From a virus: 64,000 nucleotides of DNA. The notes beneath the pieces are model-generated. The model ran no database searches. It was not told where the DNA came from and saw only the letters and a list, made by a program, of their open reading frames with translations. The stretch is from positions 1 to 64,000 of IMG/VR virus record IMGVR_UViG_3300025517_000001; one strand, 5' to 3'. Positions 25,841 to 34,400 of this stretch are shown here, piece by piece. Position 1 is the first letter of the stretch, and each line of letters starts with the position of its first letter. Made by a program: the position numbers and the translations under genes.

Positions 25841-25887
25841 TGTCCGCCCTCCTCAATTTGTAGTGTGCATCATTACGCGATACTTCT

Positions 25888-26160
25888 TCACAGCCCCTGA
25901 CCTTCCCATCCATCAGGAAGTTCTTCATATTTTAATCCAGAGTGCCGCTTGGAGATGATTCCTGTCTTCATCTCCGCGATGGTCATTGCTAGAGCACTGA
26001 GTTCCGTGTCGTTGTTCGTTACTTGTTTGAGGGCAACGAGCGCGGAGTATGCTAGTCCTTGTATGTGCTCGCTGTTCATGAGGTTGGTGATTTCTCTTAG
26101 CTCCTCCGCCGATACCGTGCCCATACCAGTGTGGATGTTAGCGTAAGGTTTTCGCTTCAT
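25888..26160 (-). CDS. hypothetical small protein (90 aa)
   Basis: ORF in the operon; moderate RBS. Confidence 0.5.
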   Translation of the reverse strand: MKRKPYANIHTGMGTVSAEELREITNLMNSEHIQGLAYSALVALKQVTNNDTELSALAMTIAEMKTGIISKRHSGLKYEELPDGWEGQGL

Positions 26161-26170
26161 ATACCACTAC

Positions 26171-26374
26171 CTACCATTTCCTTTTGCAGTCAGGGCAGTA
26201 ATATAGATTGTAAGTCCTGCATTCGTAGCCGTCCCGCCACGAGTCGATTACAAACTTATCAGTATGTGGACAGTTGTCTTGTATTTTCTCTATCTCCCGA
26301 TTAACTAAGGTCAACTCATCTCGGAGTTCTTTTTTGCGTTGGATTAGTTGGTCGATTCTGTCCATTATCGTCAC
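26171..26374 (-). CDS. small zinc-ribbon protein (67 aa)
   Basis: CPH...CPDC cysteine pairs; GGAGTGA RBS. Confidence 0.55.
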   Translation of the reverse strand: MTIMDRIDQLIQRKKELRDELTLVNREIEKIQDNCPHTDKFVIDSWRDGYECRTYNLYYCPDCKRKW

Positions 26375-26619
26375 TCCAGTACAAATTCAGAAATAATGTA
26401 CTTCAATCCCTCTTCATCAGGCGCGAAGTACGTTACCTGCTCTCCATCATACGGAATGAAGTCGATGATAAAGCCGGACACGACATCCCCGTTAAATTCG
26501 TACTCCTGCACATGGTCAACGATCACGATGCCGTGGTTGAGTCGGAATGTAAGCCCCAAGTATTCAGAGATGTCTCCTACCAGAGAGTCCATGAGTTCAA
26601 ATAAGTTTTTCATATTCAT
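26371..26619 (-). CDS. hypothetical small protein (82 aa)
   Basis: ATG behind AAGGAGG. Confidence 0.6.
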   Translation of the reverse strand: MNMKNLFELMDSLVGDISEYLGLTFRLNHGIVIVDHVQEYEFNGDVVSGFIIDFIPYDGEQVTYFAPDEEGLKYIISEFVLE

Positions 26620-26821
26620 TTTGTGCCTCCTTGATGATTTTATCTCTGTAGTTATAAAACCATTCTTTTAGCTTCTCTCCGAGCCTCAGTGATTTTTCAA
26701 ATGTAATCTTATCGCCTACCCACCTCTGGACGAGTATTCCATTGTACTCGATAAGCTGATCTGAATATTTCTTGAGTGCATTAGCTACTTCTTCGTACTT
26801 TTCCTCAAGGATTTTATCCAC
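26597..26821 (-). CDS. hypothetical small protein (74 aa)
   Basis: GTG start close to AGGAGGGG; start uncertain. Confidence 0.5.
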   Translation of the reverse strand: MDKILEEKYEEVANALKKYSDQLIEYNGILVQRWVGDKITFEKSLRLGEKLKEWFYNYRDKIIKEAQNEYEKLI

Positions 26822-26831
26822 ACTGCCCCTC

Positions 26832-27662
26832 CTATACCGGCATGTCCATCCAACTCATAAGGTGGTGAATGGCATGTCCCGCGTAAGACTTGTAATCCAT
26901 GAACGTATGGTCTACGATGTCAAGTTGTCTGTACATGTACCTCCGGCCAGTTCCTGCGAACGTCACTTTGGAAGGCTCTACTGATGTTGTCTCCACTGCA
27001 ACGATGACACTGTTAGGCTTTTGCAGTCCATCTGCAATGTTCAGTTCATTCTGCGCGTGGTAGATGATCGAATCGTGACCTTGCGCAAAGTTACGATAGG
27101 CCATAACTACAACCTTGTCATGTCGATCAATCATGTACTCCGTCAGTGTTTTCTGCTTGTCAGGACCGATTAGGATGTTTTCCGTAGAGAATTGGAGCGT
27201 GCATGACACAGGTACTTGGATTTCTCTGGCAATGTAATCGGTGTACGTATCTACGTTATTGGTCCATGACCAGACGATTTGCTCCCTGTCTGCTTCCCAG
27301 TCTAGCGGGTCTCCTTTGGATTTTCGGAGAGTATGCGGCTCGATGTCGAAATGGATACCAGTGAATTGCGCCGACGCGAGGTGACTTTCGTTGTAATGTT
27401 TCACTCTCTGGAGGAAATCCATGATATGACGTTCCCCTTCAGGCAACGCCCACAGAGGCTCTCCCGCCGTTGCGTGAACTTCAATTCCATGTGCTGTAGC
27501 TTGTTTAATGAGCCAAGAGTAAAATTCATCGAAAGCGTTCTTAGGGTAGTGAAGGAAGATAGTACCTACGTTGTGACTTCGACAGAACGACACTATTTTG
27601 TCCGCCCTAAGTTCACTGGAAGGGAAGTCCCATAACCACGTATAACGCTTATTCATACACAT
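26832..27662 (-). CDS. hypothetical protein (276 aa), possibly TIM-barrel hydrolase-like
   Basis: ATG 27662 behind AGGGAGG + 6 nt; family not recognised with confidence. Confidence 0.6.
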   Translation of the reverse strand: MCMNKRYTWLWDFPSSELRADKIVSFCRSHNVGTIFLHYPKNAFDEFYSWLIKQATAHGIEVHATAGEPLWALPEGERHIMDFLQRVKHYNESHLASAQFTGIHFDIEPHTLRKSKGDPLDWEADREQIVWSWTNNVDTYTDYIAREIQVPVSCTLQFSTENILIGPDKQKTLTEYMIDRHDKVVVMAYRNFAQGHDSIIYHAQNELNIADGLQKPNSVIVAVETTSVEPSKVTFAGTGRRYMYRQLDIVDHTFMDYKSYAGHAIHHLMSWMDMPV

Positions 27663-27921
27663 AATCAACCTCCCTGAATGTCGGACATTCTTTCGGAACT
27701 ACAAATGCATCGAATCTTACTCCCGACCCCTCCTCTGGTTGGTTTAGGTGTGCTTGGTGAAGAGACAGGTTATTAATTCCTAGTGGAAGGGCATATCCTG
27801 AGTACACAGCGACAACCCCATCTGGTAGGTACTTGCCTCTTGTTTCCCCGCACCTGCACTCCTTTACTTCGTAGGTAAGATTAAAGACGTCATAACAACT
27901 CAAACACTGCAAAAGTTTCAT
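27649..27921 (-). CDS. small zinc-finger protein (90 aa)
   Basis: ATG 27921 (MKLLQCLSC) behind AAAGGAGG; CLSC...CRCG cysteine pairs; first gene after a class-2 motif. Confidence 0.6.
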   Translation of the reverse strand: MKLLQCLSCYDVFNLTYEVKECRCGETRGKYLPDGVVAVYSGYALPLGINNLSLHQAHLNQPEEGSGVRFDAFVVPKECPTFREVDYVYE

Positions 27922-27941
27922 GGCTCTCCTCCTTTTGTGTT

Positions 27942-27982
27942 TCTCACTTATACTGTCATCATTTTTACCCAACGGGTTGCAA
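27942..27982 (-). promoter_or_regulatory. class-2 conserved promoter-like motif
   Basis: TTGCAAC-N18-GACAGTATAAGTGAGAAA on the minus strand. Confidence 0.55.
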
Positions 27983-28102
27983 GGTAGTATAAAATCAACC
28001 GAAATTAGAGAAAATAGTAATTTACCGCAGATAGTATCGAAAGATATTGACTAATGGGATAAATTTTCGGAAAATAGGAGAAAGGGAAAAGCATAAGAAA
28101 AG

Positions 28103-28123
28103 AGCGTAGGTTAAGCCTACGCC
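28103..28123 (-). terminator. rho-independent terminator
   Basis: minus strand GCGTAGG-CTTAA-CCTACGC followed by TCTTTTCTTAT; overlaps the stop codon of 28117..28365. Confidence 0.6.
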
Positions 28124-28365
28124 CGTACAATTACCTTACCATCTTCAACTGTGTAATCGACCATCATTGGTGAAGAACCGGTGGTTACATAGTCAGTAAC
28201 ACCTTCGATGGGGCGGTCACTTACGACAAGGACATCCTTCGCCAATCTCAGATAGTTGTCGTGAATTGAGTGCACCGATACGTAATTCGGAAGGATAATG
28301 TTGCTCTCTGTAACATCTACTCCGTACTCATCATACACCCGAATCAGACCGTAGCATTTGCTCAC
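28117..28365 (-). CDS. hypothetical small protein (82 aa)
   Basis: GTG behind AAGGAGG + 9 nt. Confidence 0.6.
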   Translation of the reverse strand: MSKCYGLIRVYDEYGVDVTESNIILPNYVSVHSIHDNYLRLAKDVLVVSDRPIEGVTDYVTTGSSPMMVDYTVEDGKVIVRA

Positions 28366-28379
28366 TTCTGTTTACCTCC

Positions 28380-29447
28380 TTAGAGTTCTACTCCTACTTT
28401 GGTGAACGCCTTCATTACAGCTTTCGCGTCTTGTTGAATTTCTGGTTGAGCGTGAACGGTTGCTCGTAGGTCAATGAAATGCTTCCATTGTTTGAGGGGT
28501 CTGCACTGAATAATACGAGTAGTAATGGCGTTAGGTAGAACAGAACGTGCAATTTCCTTAGCCCTTTTACCACTGACTCCCAACTCCTTCAGTGTTTTTA
28601 CTGTATCTGAATAGTATTTAATGGTGTCCGTATATCTGTTGTAAATGGACTCCATAACGGCATCATAATGCTGTGTAGCTTCTTCATAAGTGATTCCGAC
28701 TTTCTCAGCATACTCTGCAAGACCTTCTGGGTACTTGTTGACACCTTCCATCTCTCGTACTTCTGCATTAGAGAGATCGCAGTATCGTTGCGACAGTTCG
28801 CACCCGCCCGTCATGTCTGCGTGACGCCATGTTTGCAAGCCGGAAGCCCGGTCAGTTACAAAGTCAACTGTGAATGTAGAGTGGACTTCCAACTCATACT
28901 CAGTAAGGCCGAGGTCTTTAAGGGTCGTGTAATCCTCTGTTAGGATGACGGGCTTCCTGAGTTTCGGCTCCCCGATATATGGAGAATCGGAGGCGGGAAT
29001 CTCATCAGTAAGGCCACAAAGCCATGCCAAACAAGGAACCTTACTTACCTCTCCCAGAATACCGTCAAGTAGGAACGGAGACGTGTTGTAATCGACGATG
29101 TTGTCGATAATATCCAGTAGAGTAAGAAGATTCATGGAAATTGTGATAACATCCTGACGAGCTTTCTTGTTGGTCGGGGTGGTCCACCTGATGTAGTTGT
29201 TGATCTCCTTGAACGCCGCCATTGTTTCTAGTAGACTCAGCATGTCCTCTGAGGAAGCGCCCGCGATGTCTACCTCAAACACCACGTTCCCTACACTTGC
29301 CACGGACAGGTGACCTTTCTTCATGATGCCTTTAATCATCGAGTGCGAGGTGGGCGACAACTTATCATAAGACTGGTAGCATACTCGCGCTACCCCTTCG
29401 ATGAGTTTGTGGTACTCTGGTGTATAATAGATCAGCTTTACTTGCAT
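28380..29447 (-). CDS. thyX: FAD-dependent thymidylate synthase ThyX (with internal insertion)
   Basis: ThyX signature variant RHADMTGGCELSQRY; N-terminal YTPEY...ARVCYQS; ATG 29447 behind AAGGAGG + 7 nt. Confidence 0.75.
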   Translation of the reverse strand: MQVKLIYYTPEYHKLIEGVARVCYQSYDKLSPTSHSMIKGIMKKGHLSVASVGNVVFEVDIAGASSEDMLSLLETMAAFKEINNYIRWTTPTNKKARQDVITISMNLLTLLDIIDNIVDYNTSPFLLDGILGEVSKVPCLAWLCGLTDEIPASDSPYIGEPKLRKPVILTEDYTTLKDLGLTEYELEVHSTFTVDFVTDRASGLQTWRHADMTGGCELSQRYCDLSNAEVREMEGVNKYPEGLAEYAEKVGITYEEATQHYDAVMESIYNRYTDTIKYYSDTVKTLKELGVSGKRAKEIARSVLPNAITTRIIQCRPLKQWKHFIDLRATVHAQPEIQQDAKAVMKAFTKVGVEL

Positions 29448-29493
29448 CTGGTGTCCTCCTTGGTGTATGTGGGGAGAGGGGTTACCCTCTCCA

Positions 29494-29772
29494 TTACTTG
29501 AGTCGCTCTTCGATATAAGCGTGATCGCGTGGTTTCGCGTATGCATGGCCGTCTTTAATCAATAGTGTGGTAGAAGTTGGTTCTTTCTTGGCTTTGTTAT
29601 TAGCTTCAATGAGTTTGATTGCATCGTCCGTCTGGGAGATTTTCCGTTTTACTGCTTGGAAATCTTCATCGGAGTGGGTGGCCCGCCCGAAGTCGTTCTC
29701 CTCCTGCATCTCGTACAGGCGGTTAATCAGTTTTCGCTTCTCATAGTTCAATACTTGCAGTGCATGCTTCAT
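29494..29772 (-). CDS. hypothetical small protein (92 aa)
   Basis: ATG behind AAGGAGG. Confidence 0.6.
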   Translation of the reverse strand: MKHALQVLNYEKRKLINRLYEMQEENDFGRATHSDEDFQAVKRKISQTDDAIKLIEANNKAKKEPTSTTLLIKDGHAYAKPRDHAYIEERLK

Positions 29773-29803
29773 TGTGTATCCTCCTTAAACGTTTTGTTTG
29801 TTA

Positions 29804-30190
29804 TCACAGGTCATCCCAATCGTTATCTGCGGAAGCCTTGGCGTAGGTACGAGATTTAGCCTCAAAGAAGTCTGTCTTCGTATCGTTCAGTGCCTCATCG
29901 GAGAACGGACGAATCCAAGGCATACAGTTATCTACGCCGGAGTAAGCAGGCTCCAGACCCATCAGTTTGAAGCGTTTGTTAGCAATAAACTTGATGTAGT
30001 CTTTGAACTCGTTGAGGTCGATGCCCTCGATTCCATCCAGAACGTACTCCGCCCACTCGGATTCAAGCTGTACCGCTTTGTCGATGAAGTCGTACACGTA
30101 CATGATGTTTTTCGTCGTATTCAGTTCCGGGTAGTCAATCAGGAGTTGTTTGAATACCTCACCGAAGAAGTAAGCGTGGTGTTGTTCATC
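29804..30190 (-). CDS. ribonucleotide reductase small (beta, NrdB/NrdF-type) subunit, exon 2
   Basis: begins DEQHHAYFFGEVF, the continuation of the R2 iron-ligand motif (RDExxH) started in exon 1. Confidence 0.8.
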   Translation of the reverse strand, partial: DEQHHAYFFGEVFKQLLIDYPELNTTKNIMYVYDFIDKAVQLESEWAEYVLDGIEGIDLNEFKDYIKFIANKRFKLMGLEPAYSGVDNCMPWIRPFSDEALNDTKTDFFEAKSRTYAKASADNDWDDL

Positions 30191-30473
30191 CACTTTGTTC
30201 GGCGGAGTTCGCTACGCTCCACCCGTCCTCTAAGGACTGCTGCATGTTTCCATGCAGGTCAGACTATATCACCTGCCCAGAGGGCAGCCCTCCATTTCCA
30301 CCGTCAAACGCTTACGGTGTACTCCCGTTCCGGGATAGTCGTTGCACGTTCTACTAGCCTCGGAGGCTAGTAACTTCGCTCAGGATTACCATGCCGCCCA
30401 TCACAAGCGGTTTAGGCTCCCCTGAATTAGAAGGGTTTTCACTGTAAGATTGCTCTTACAGGGCGCAAACTTT
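30191..30473 (-). ncRNA. group I self-splicing intron (no ORF) in the RNR beta gene
   Basis: 283 nt separate ...ISYIQR from DEQHH...; exon 1 ends in U and the intron ends in G; GNRA-capped hairpins CTGTAAGA-GCAA-TCTTACAG and CTGCATG-GAAA-CATGCAG plus several more helices. Confidence 0.75.
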
Positions 30474-31148
30474 ACGCTGAATGTAGCTAATCATCTGAGT
30501 CGTAGCCAACATACGCTTGTCCTTCGGTCGATGGTCGCGTGCTGTGTTGTAGAAAAACGCAAACCCTGCGTAGAAGAAGATGCCCTCCAGAACCATGTCA
30601 GCCACAATCGCTTTAAAGAACGTCTGAGGCGTAGGATTATCACGGAACTCCTGATATGCGTCCCGGATAAACAAGTTACGGCGTAGCAGAACTTCATCGT
30701 GCTTCCAGTACTCAAAGATTTCTTTCTGCTCCTCCCACGGAACCAGAGAGGACAAGATGTATGAGTAAGACTGGTTATGGACTACTTCTTGCTGTCCAAT
30801 GATGGCGGCAATAGCTTGCAGAGAAGAGTCTGTGAGGTAGTCTTTTACATCCCCCACGAACATGGTTTGCATTGAGTCCAGAACCGCCAACAGGCCGATG
30901 ATCTTCTTAAATGCTTCTTGTTCTCGCGGAGAGAGGTTCGGGAAGTTAGTCTTGTCTGTGTTCATTGGAATCTCGTCTGCAATCCAGTGATTGCCTAATA
31001 GTACCCGATAGAGCTTGTACATCTGGGGCATTCTGATGTCGTCCCAGTTCAGGATGCCGGAGCATTCGCCATTAATGATTTTGGTCGATTTGTTTGGTGC
31101 TGTGATGTCGAAGATGTTCTGTTTCTTCAATGTCTCGCTTACGCTCAC
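30474..31148 (-). CDS. ribonucleotide reductase small (beta) subunit, exon 1
   Basis: R2 motifs QQEVVHNQSYSYI and EGIFFYAGFAFF; GTG start behind AAGGAGG; the frame runs into a stop 5 codons inside the intron. Confidence 0.8.
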
Positions 31149-31205
31149 TTTGATTTCCTCCTTACTCTGGTTAGGTAGTAAGCCCGCCCCGAAAGGCGGG
31201 CGTTG

Positions 31206-33494
31206 TTATGCGGAGCAGGAATCGCAATCCTCTACGGTAAGGGCCTGACTACGCACATAGTAGGTAGTCTTGAGTCCAGACTTCCATGCGTCCAGATGCA
31301 GGTCGAGGAACTCTCTAGCCTTAATATCAGGTCTTACATACAAGTTGAACGACTGTGCTTGGTCAATGTGACGTTGCCGCACCGCCGCCAACCGGATGGA
31401 AGCGTGCTGATCGAGCATGAAGGCGTTTTTACGATAGTACTGAATCGTCTTAGCATTCAGATCAGGTGCCGGATGGGGAATCTTGTAAGTTGTCTTTTCC
31501 TCATACGGCATCAATTTGTAGATCGGGTCAATGGATGCTGTAGTACCTGCGATAATGGAAGTAGAGCCTGTCGGGGCAATAGCCATTAGGTACCCATTAC
31601 GGATTCCATATTTAGCTACGTCCTCTGCTAGTTGCATCCATAGGTCAGCATCCAGTTCGTCGTCAAAGTACCCGCGAGATCGGAAGTACTCTCCAGTCTC
31701 CCACTCAGAGCCTTTAAACAGAGGGTAAGCTCCCTTCTCCTTAGCCAGTTCCATAGATGCTTTGATAGCAAGGTAGGCAATCGTCTTGTATGCATTGTCG
31801 TTGAAGTGATATGCGGCTTCCGACTCCCACATAATACCTTGCAGAGCCATTGCGTGATGTAGACCAGAAGTACCCAATCCGATAGCACGATACTTGCTGT
31901 TCGTGTGTTTGGCTTGCAGTACTTCTATGTTGTTGAGGTCGATCACGTTGTCAAGCATACGTACTGCGATAGGAACGACTTTATCCAGTTTGTCTAGTGC
32001 CCGCGCCAAGTTGATCGAAGCTAGGTTACATACTACAAAGTCACCCGGCTTTTTCTTGGTCACAATTACCGTGTCGCCATTTTCGTCTACCAACTCTTCC
32101 GAGATGACGCGGGTGGGTGACATGTTCTGAGCGATCTCCACACACAAGTTAGAGGAGTAGATCATACCTTTGTGCTTATTCGGGTTCGCTCGGTTTACAG
32201 TGTCCCGATAGAACATGTATGGTGTTCCTGTCTCAAGTTGAGACTTCATGATGCGCTTCATGATGTCGATTGCCTGTACAGTAACACGGGACAGATTAGG
32301 GTTGTCTACGCACTCTTGGTACTTATTACGGAAAGAACCGTTGCCTTTCTCCTCGTCGTAGAAGTCCTCCAAAGACCACCCCATAACTTGACGCACCTCA
32401 TGGGGGTCGAACAGATGCCACTCGCCCCGCGCTTCCACTGCTTCCATGAACAGGTCAGGGATACATACGCCGGGGAAGATGTCGTGGGCACGCAGACGTT
32501 CATCACCGTTGTTCAGCTTCAGGTCAAGGAATGCGAGGATGTCTTTATGCCACACATCTAAGTAAATGGCGATAGAGCCTTTGCGAGTCCCTAGTTGATC
32601 TACAGACACTGCCGTGTTATTCAGTTGGCGAATCCACGGGACAACGCCACTGGATTTACCGAAGTAGTCCCTAATCTTAGAGCCACGTGAGCGCACTTTG
32701 CCCATGTACACCCCGATTCCTCCGCCCATTTTAGAGAGACGAGCAACGTCAGTGTTATCGTTGTAGATGGAGTACAGGTCATCATCTACAGTGTCAATGA
32801 AACACGACGACAGTTGTCCTCCCTTCGCCTTACCTGCATTAGCAAGTGTCGGGGTGGCTACGGTCATATACTGGTTAGCTAGTGCCTCATATGACTCAAG
32901 AATGAGTCCAAGGCGTTTGTCCTTGTCCTCTTTAATCATCAGTTGCATGGCAATTACCATGAACCGTTCTTGAGGAAGTTCCATCGTTTTTCCGTCATAA
33001 TCACTTGCCAGATAACGCTCCGCCAGTGTGACGATGCCAATGTAGTCAAAGACTTTATCGTGGTCAGGTACAATATGTTGTTCCAGATAACGGATTTCAT
33101 CTTCTGTGTACTCAGTCAGCAGTTCTTCTTTGTAAATGCCTTTGTCAACAAGTGTTTTGATTAGAGTCAGAAACGAGCCGTAAGGGTGTTCTGTATACGA
33201 CTTGTATCCTCGATTAAGCGCGGCTTCTTTGTATAGCTTTGTCAAGTATGCCCGCGCCGCCACATAAGTCCACATCGGTTCTTCGATTGTGATAAGCTCC
33301 ACTGCGGACATGTAGATTAGTCTGGTGATTTCTTCTGCTTGAATCTCAGGTCTTGAGCCGATCTTAGACATTACCGAATCAAAGAGCTTGGCAGGGTCTG
33401 CGTTGCTATAGCTCGATGTGATTCGTTCGATGTACCTGCGTAGTCGTTCTGGATTGAACGCCATGCTTCTGTTATTCGGCTTTAGTACTTGCAA
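31206..33494 (-). CDS. ribonucleotide reductase large (alpha, NrdA/NrdE-type) subunit
   Basis: class I motifs ATPTLANAG, LSSCF, NLCVEI and a C-terminal CDSC pair; TTG 33494 behind GAAGGAG + 8 nt (ATG 33464 is the alternative). Confidence 0.85.
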   Translation of the reverse strand: MQVLKPNNRSMAFNPERLRRYIERITSSYSNADPAKLFDSVMSKIGSRPEIQAEEITRLIYMSAVELITIEEPMWTYVAARAYLTKLYKEAALNRGYKSYTEHPYGSFLTLIKTLVDKGIYKEELLTEYTEDEIRYLEQHIVPDHDKVFDYIGIVTLAERYLASDYDGKTMELPQERFMVIAMQLMIKEDKDKRLGLILESYEALANQYMTVATPTLANAGKAKGGQLSSCFIDTVDDDLYSIYNDNTDVARLSKMGGGIGVYMGKVRSRGSKIRDYFGKSSGVVPWIRQLNNTAVSVDQLGTRKGSIAIYLDVWHKDILAFLDLKLNNGDERLRAHDIFPGVCIPDLFMEAVEARGEWHLFDPHEVRQVMGWSLEDFYDEEKGNGSFRNKYQECVDNPNLSRVTVQAIDIMKRIMKSQLETGTPYMFYRDTVNRANPNKHKGMIYSSNLCVEIAQNMSPTRVISEELVDENGDTVIVTKKKPGDFVVCNLASINLARALDKLDKVVPIAVRMLDNVIDLNNIEVLQAKHTNSKYRAIGLGTSGLHHAMALQGIMWESEAAYHFNDNAYKTIAYLAIKASMELAKEKGAYPLFKGSEWETGEYFRSRGYFDDELDADLWMQLAEDVAKYGIRNGYLMAIAPTGSTSIIAGTTASIDPIYKLMPYEEKTTYKIPHPAPDLNAKTIQYYRKNAFMLDQHASIRLAAVRQRHIDQAQSFNLYVRPDIKAREFLDLHLDAWKSGLKTTYYVRSQALTVEDCDSCSA

Positions 33495-33631
33495 GTAAAT
33501 CACTCCTTCTGCTGTTATCCGGCATGGTTCTGGAGAGTATAAGCAAGGTGCCCACGCCGTTTAGAAGTAGTATAATTATAAGTTCGTGAGCCTACATTCT
33601 AACGGTTTACGGTACCCCTGCTTATTGATCT

Positions 33632-33671
33632 TTTCACTTATACTGTCGCAATTTTTCTGGGCGAGTTGCAG
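33632..33671 (-). promoter_or_regulatory. class-2 conserved promoter-like motif (RNR operon)
   Basis: CTGCAAC-N17-GACAGTATAAGTGAAAAG on the minus strand; about 125 nt upstream of the alpha-subunit start. Confidence 0.55.
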
Positions 33672-33709
33672 AAAAATAAAATGCCCCAGTCAGTTTTGAC
33701 CAGAGCATT
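33672..33709 (-). terminator. rho-independent terminator
   Basis: minus strand AATGCTCTGGTC-AAAACT-GACTGGGGCATT (12 bp with G-U pairs) followed by TTATTTTT. Confidence 0.6.
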
Positions 33710-33711
33710 CT

Positions 33712-33734
33712 GTTCCTCCCACCACTCGGAGACC
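33712..33734. repeat. 23-bp direct repeat, copy 1
   Basis: GTTCCTCCCACCACTCGGAGACC, identical to 34145-34167. Confidence 0.95.
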
Positions 33735-33844
33735 CGTGGCGGGAACAAAGATTCGCTTGGGACTAATTTTTCAGATGCAACTTAAACGAGATCGTTGGAA
33801 GGAACAAGCTTTGTATAGAATTAGTTGTTCAATGGAGCTTCATG

Positions 33845-33886
33845 CATTAAACAAAAAGGCCATAAGTATCAAGCTTTATGGCCTTT
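33845..33886 (-). terminator. rho-independent terminator
   Basis: perfect 11-bp stem AAAGGCCATAA/TTATGGCCTTT; on the minus strand followed by TTGTTTAAT. Confidence 0.6.
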
Positions 33887-34042
33887 AAAACATTATTTAT
33901 TAAACACGAGTGTTCTTTTCGGACTACCTAAAATCGCTGAATAATTTCTAACATTGCATTTATCTTACCAATGTAGGTGCTCTGTCTGCCAGTCTGATAT
34001 GATGGAGGAACTTTACCGATGGATTCCAGACAGAAGGAACTA

Positions 34043-34086
34043 CATAAAAAAGAAGATGTCTCAACCGCCAAGTAAAAGACATCTCC
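34043..34086 (-). terminator. rho-independent terminator
   Basis: minus strand GGAGATGTCT-N15-AGACATCTTC followed by TTTTTT. Confidence 0.6.
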
Positions 34087-34124
34087 TTCACGAAATGTAT
34101 TGTTAGCATCAATCATAAATCATC

Positions 34125-34389
34125 ATTGCCTGACATGACAGCCCGTTCCTCCCACCACTCGGAGACCTGACCGATAGGCCAGTGGCCATAAAGTTGGAGA
34201 CGGGATTTTGTCGAGCACTAATAGCTTATTGCTTAGTACTAAACCAACTGAACACTGACCACTAAATACTCAATACTGAGCACTTACCCCAACGATAAGC
34301 TACTCTTATTGAATATCTGTATACCAATAGCAAACTGGTATAAACTGTTGTGGTCATGGTGCGTGGTTTACTACGTCATGTCAGGCAAT
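34125..34389 (-). ncRNA. candidate ~265-nt structured 3'-UTR RNA closed by a 15-bp helix (unclassified)
   Basis: ATTGCCTGACATGAC (34125-34139) is the exact reverse complement of 34375-34389; interior has several hairpins and DR copy 2; no ORF with an RBS. Confidence 0.35.
34145..34167. repeat. 23-bp direct repeat, copy 2
   Basis: identical to 33712-33734. Confidence 0.95.
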
Positions 34390-34400
34390 TACTACCTAAG

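Noticed and set aside
33540-33570. TATAATTATA palindrome in the RNR leader, considered as an NrdR box
   Set aside because: There is only a single 10-bp AT palindrome. The flanking ACAC/GTGT arms and the second box at helical spacing expected for NrdR operators are missing.
33928-34116. 62-aa minus-strand ORF between the 23-bp direct repeats
   Set aside because: There is no Shine-Dalgarno sequence before the ATG, and a strong intrinsic terminator (34043-34086) lies inside the ORF. It is treated as non-coding.
33700-34170. tRNA-like D-loop string CCGAGTGGT on the minus strand of both 23-bp repeats
   Set aside because: No matching acceptor stem, anticodon arm or GTTCRANNC T-loop could be built around either copy.
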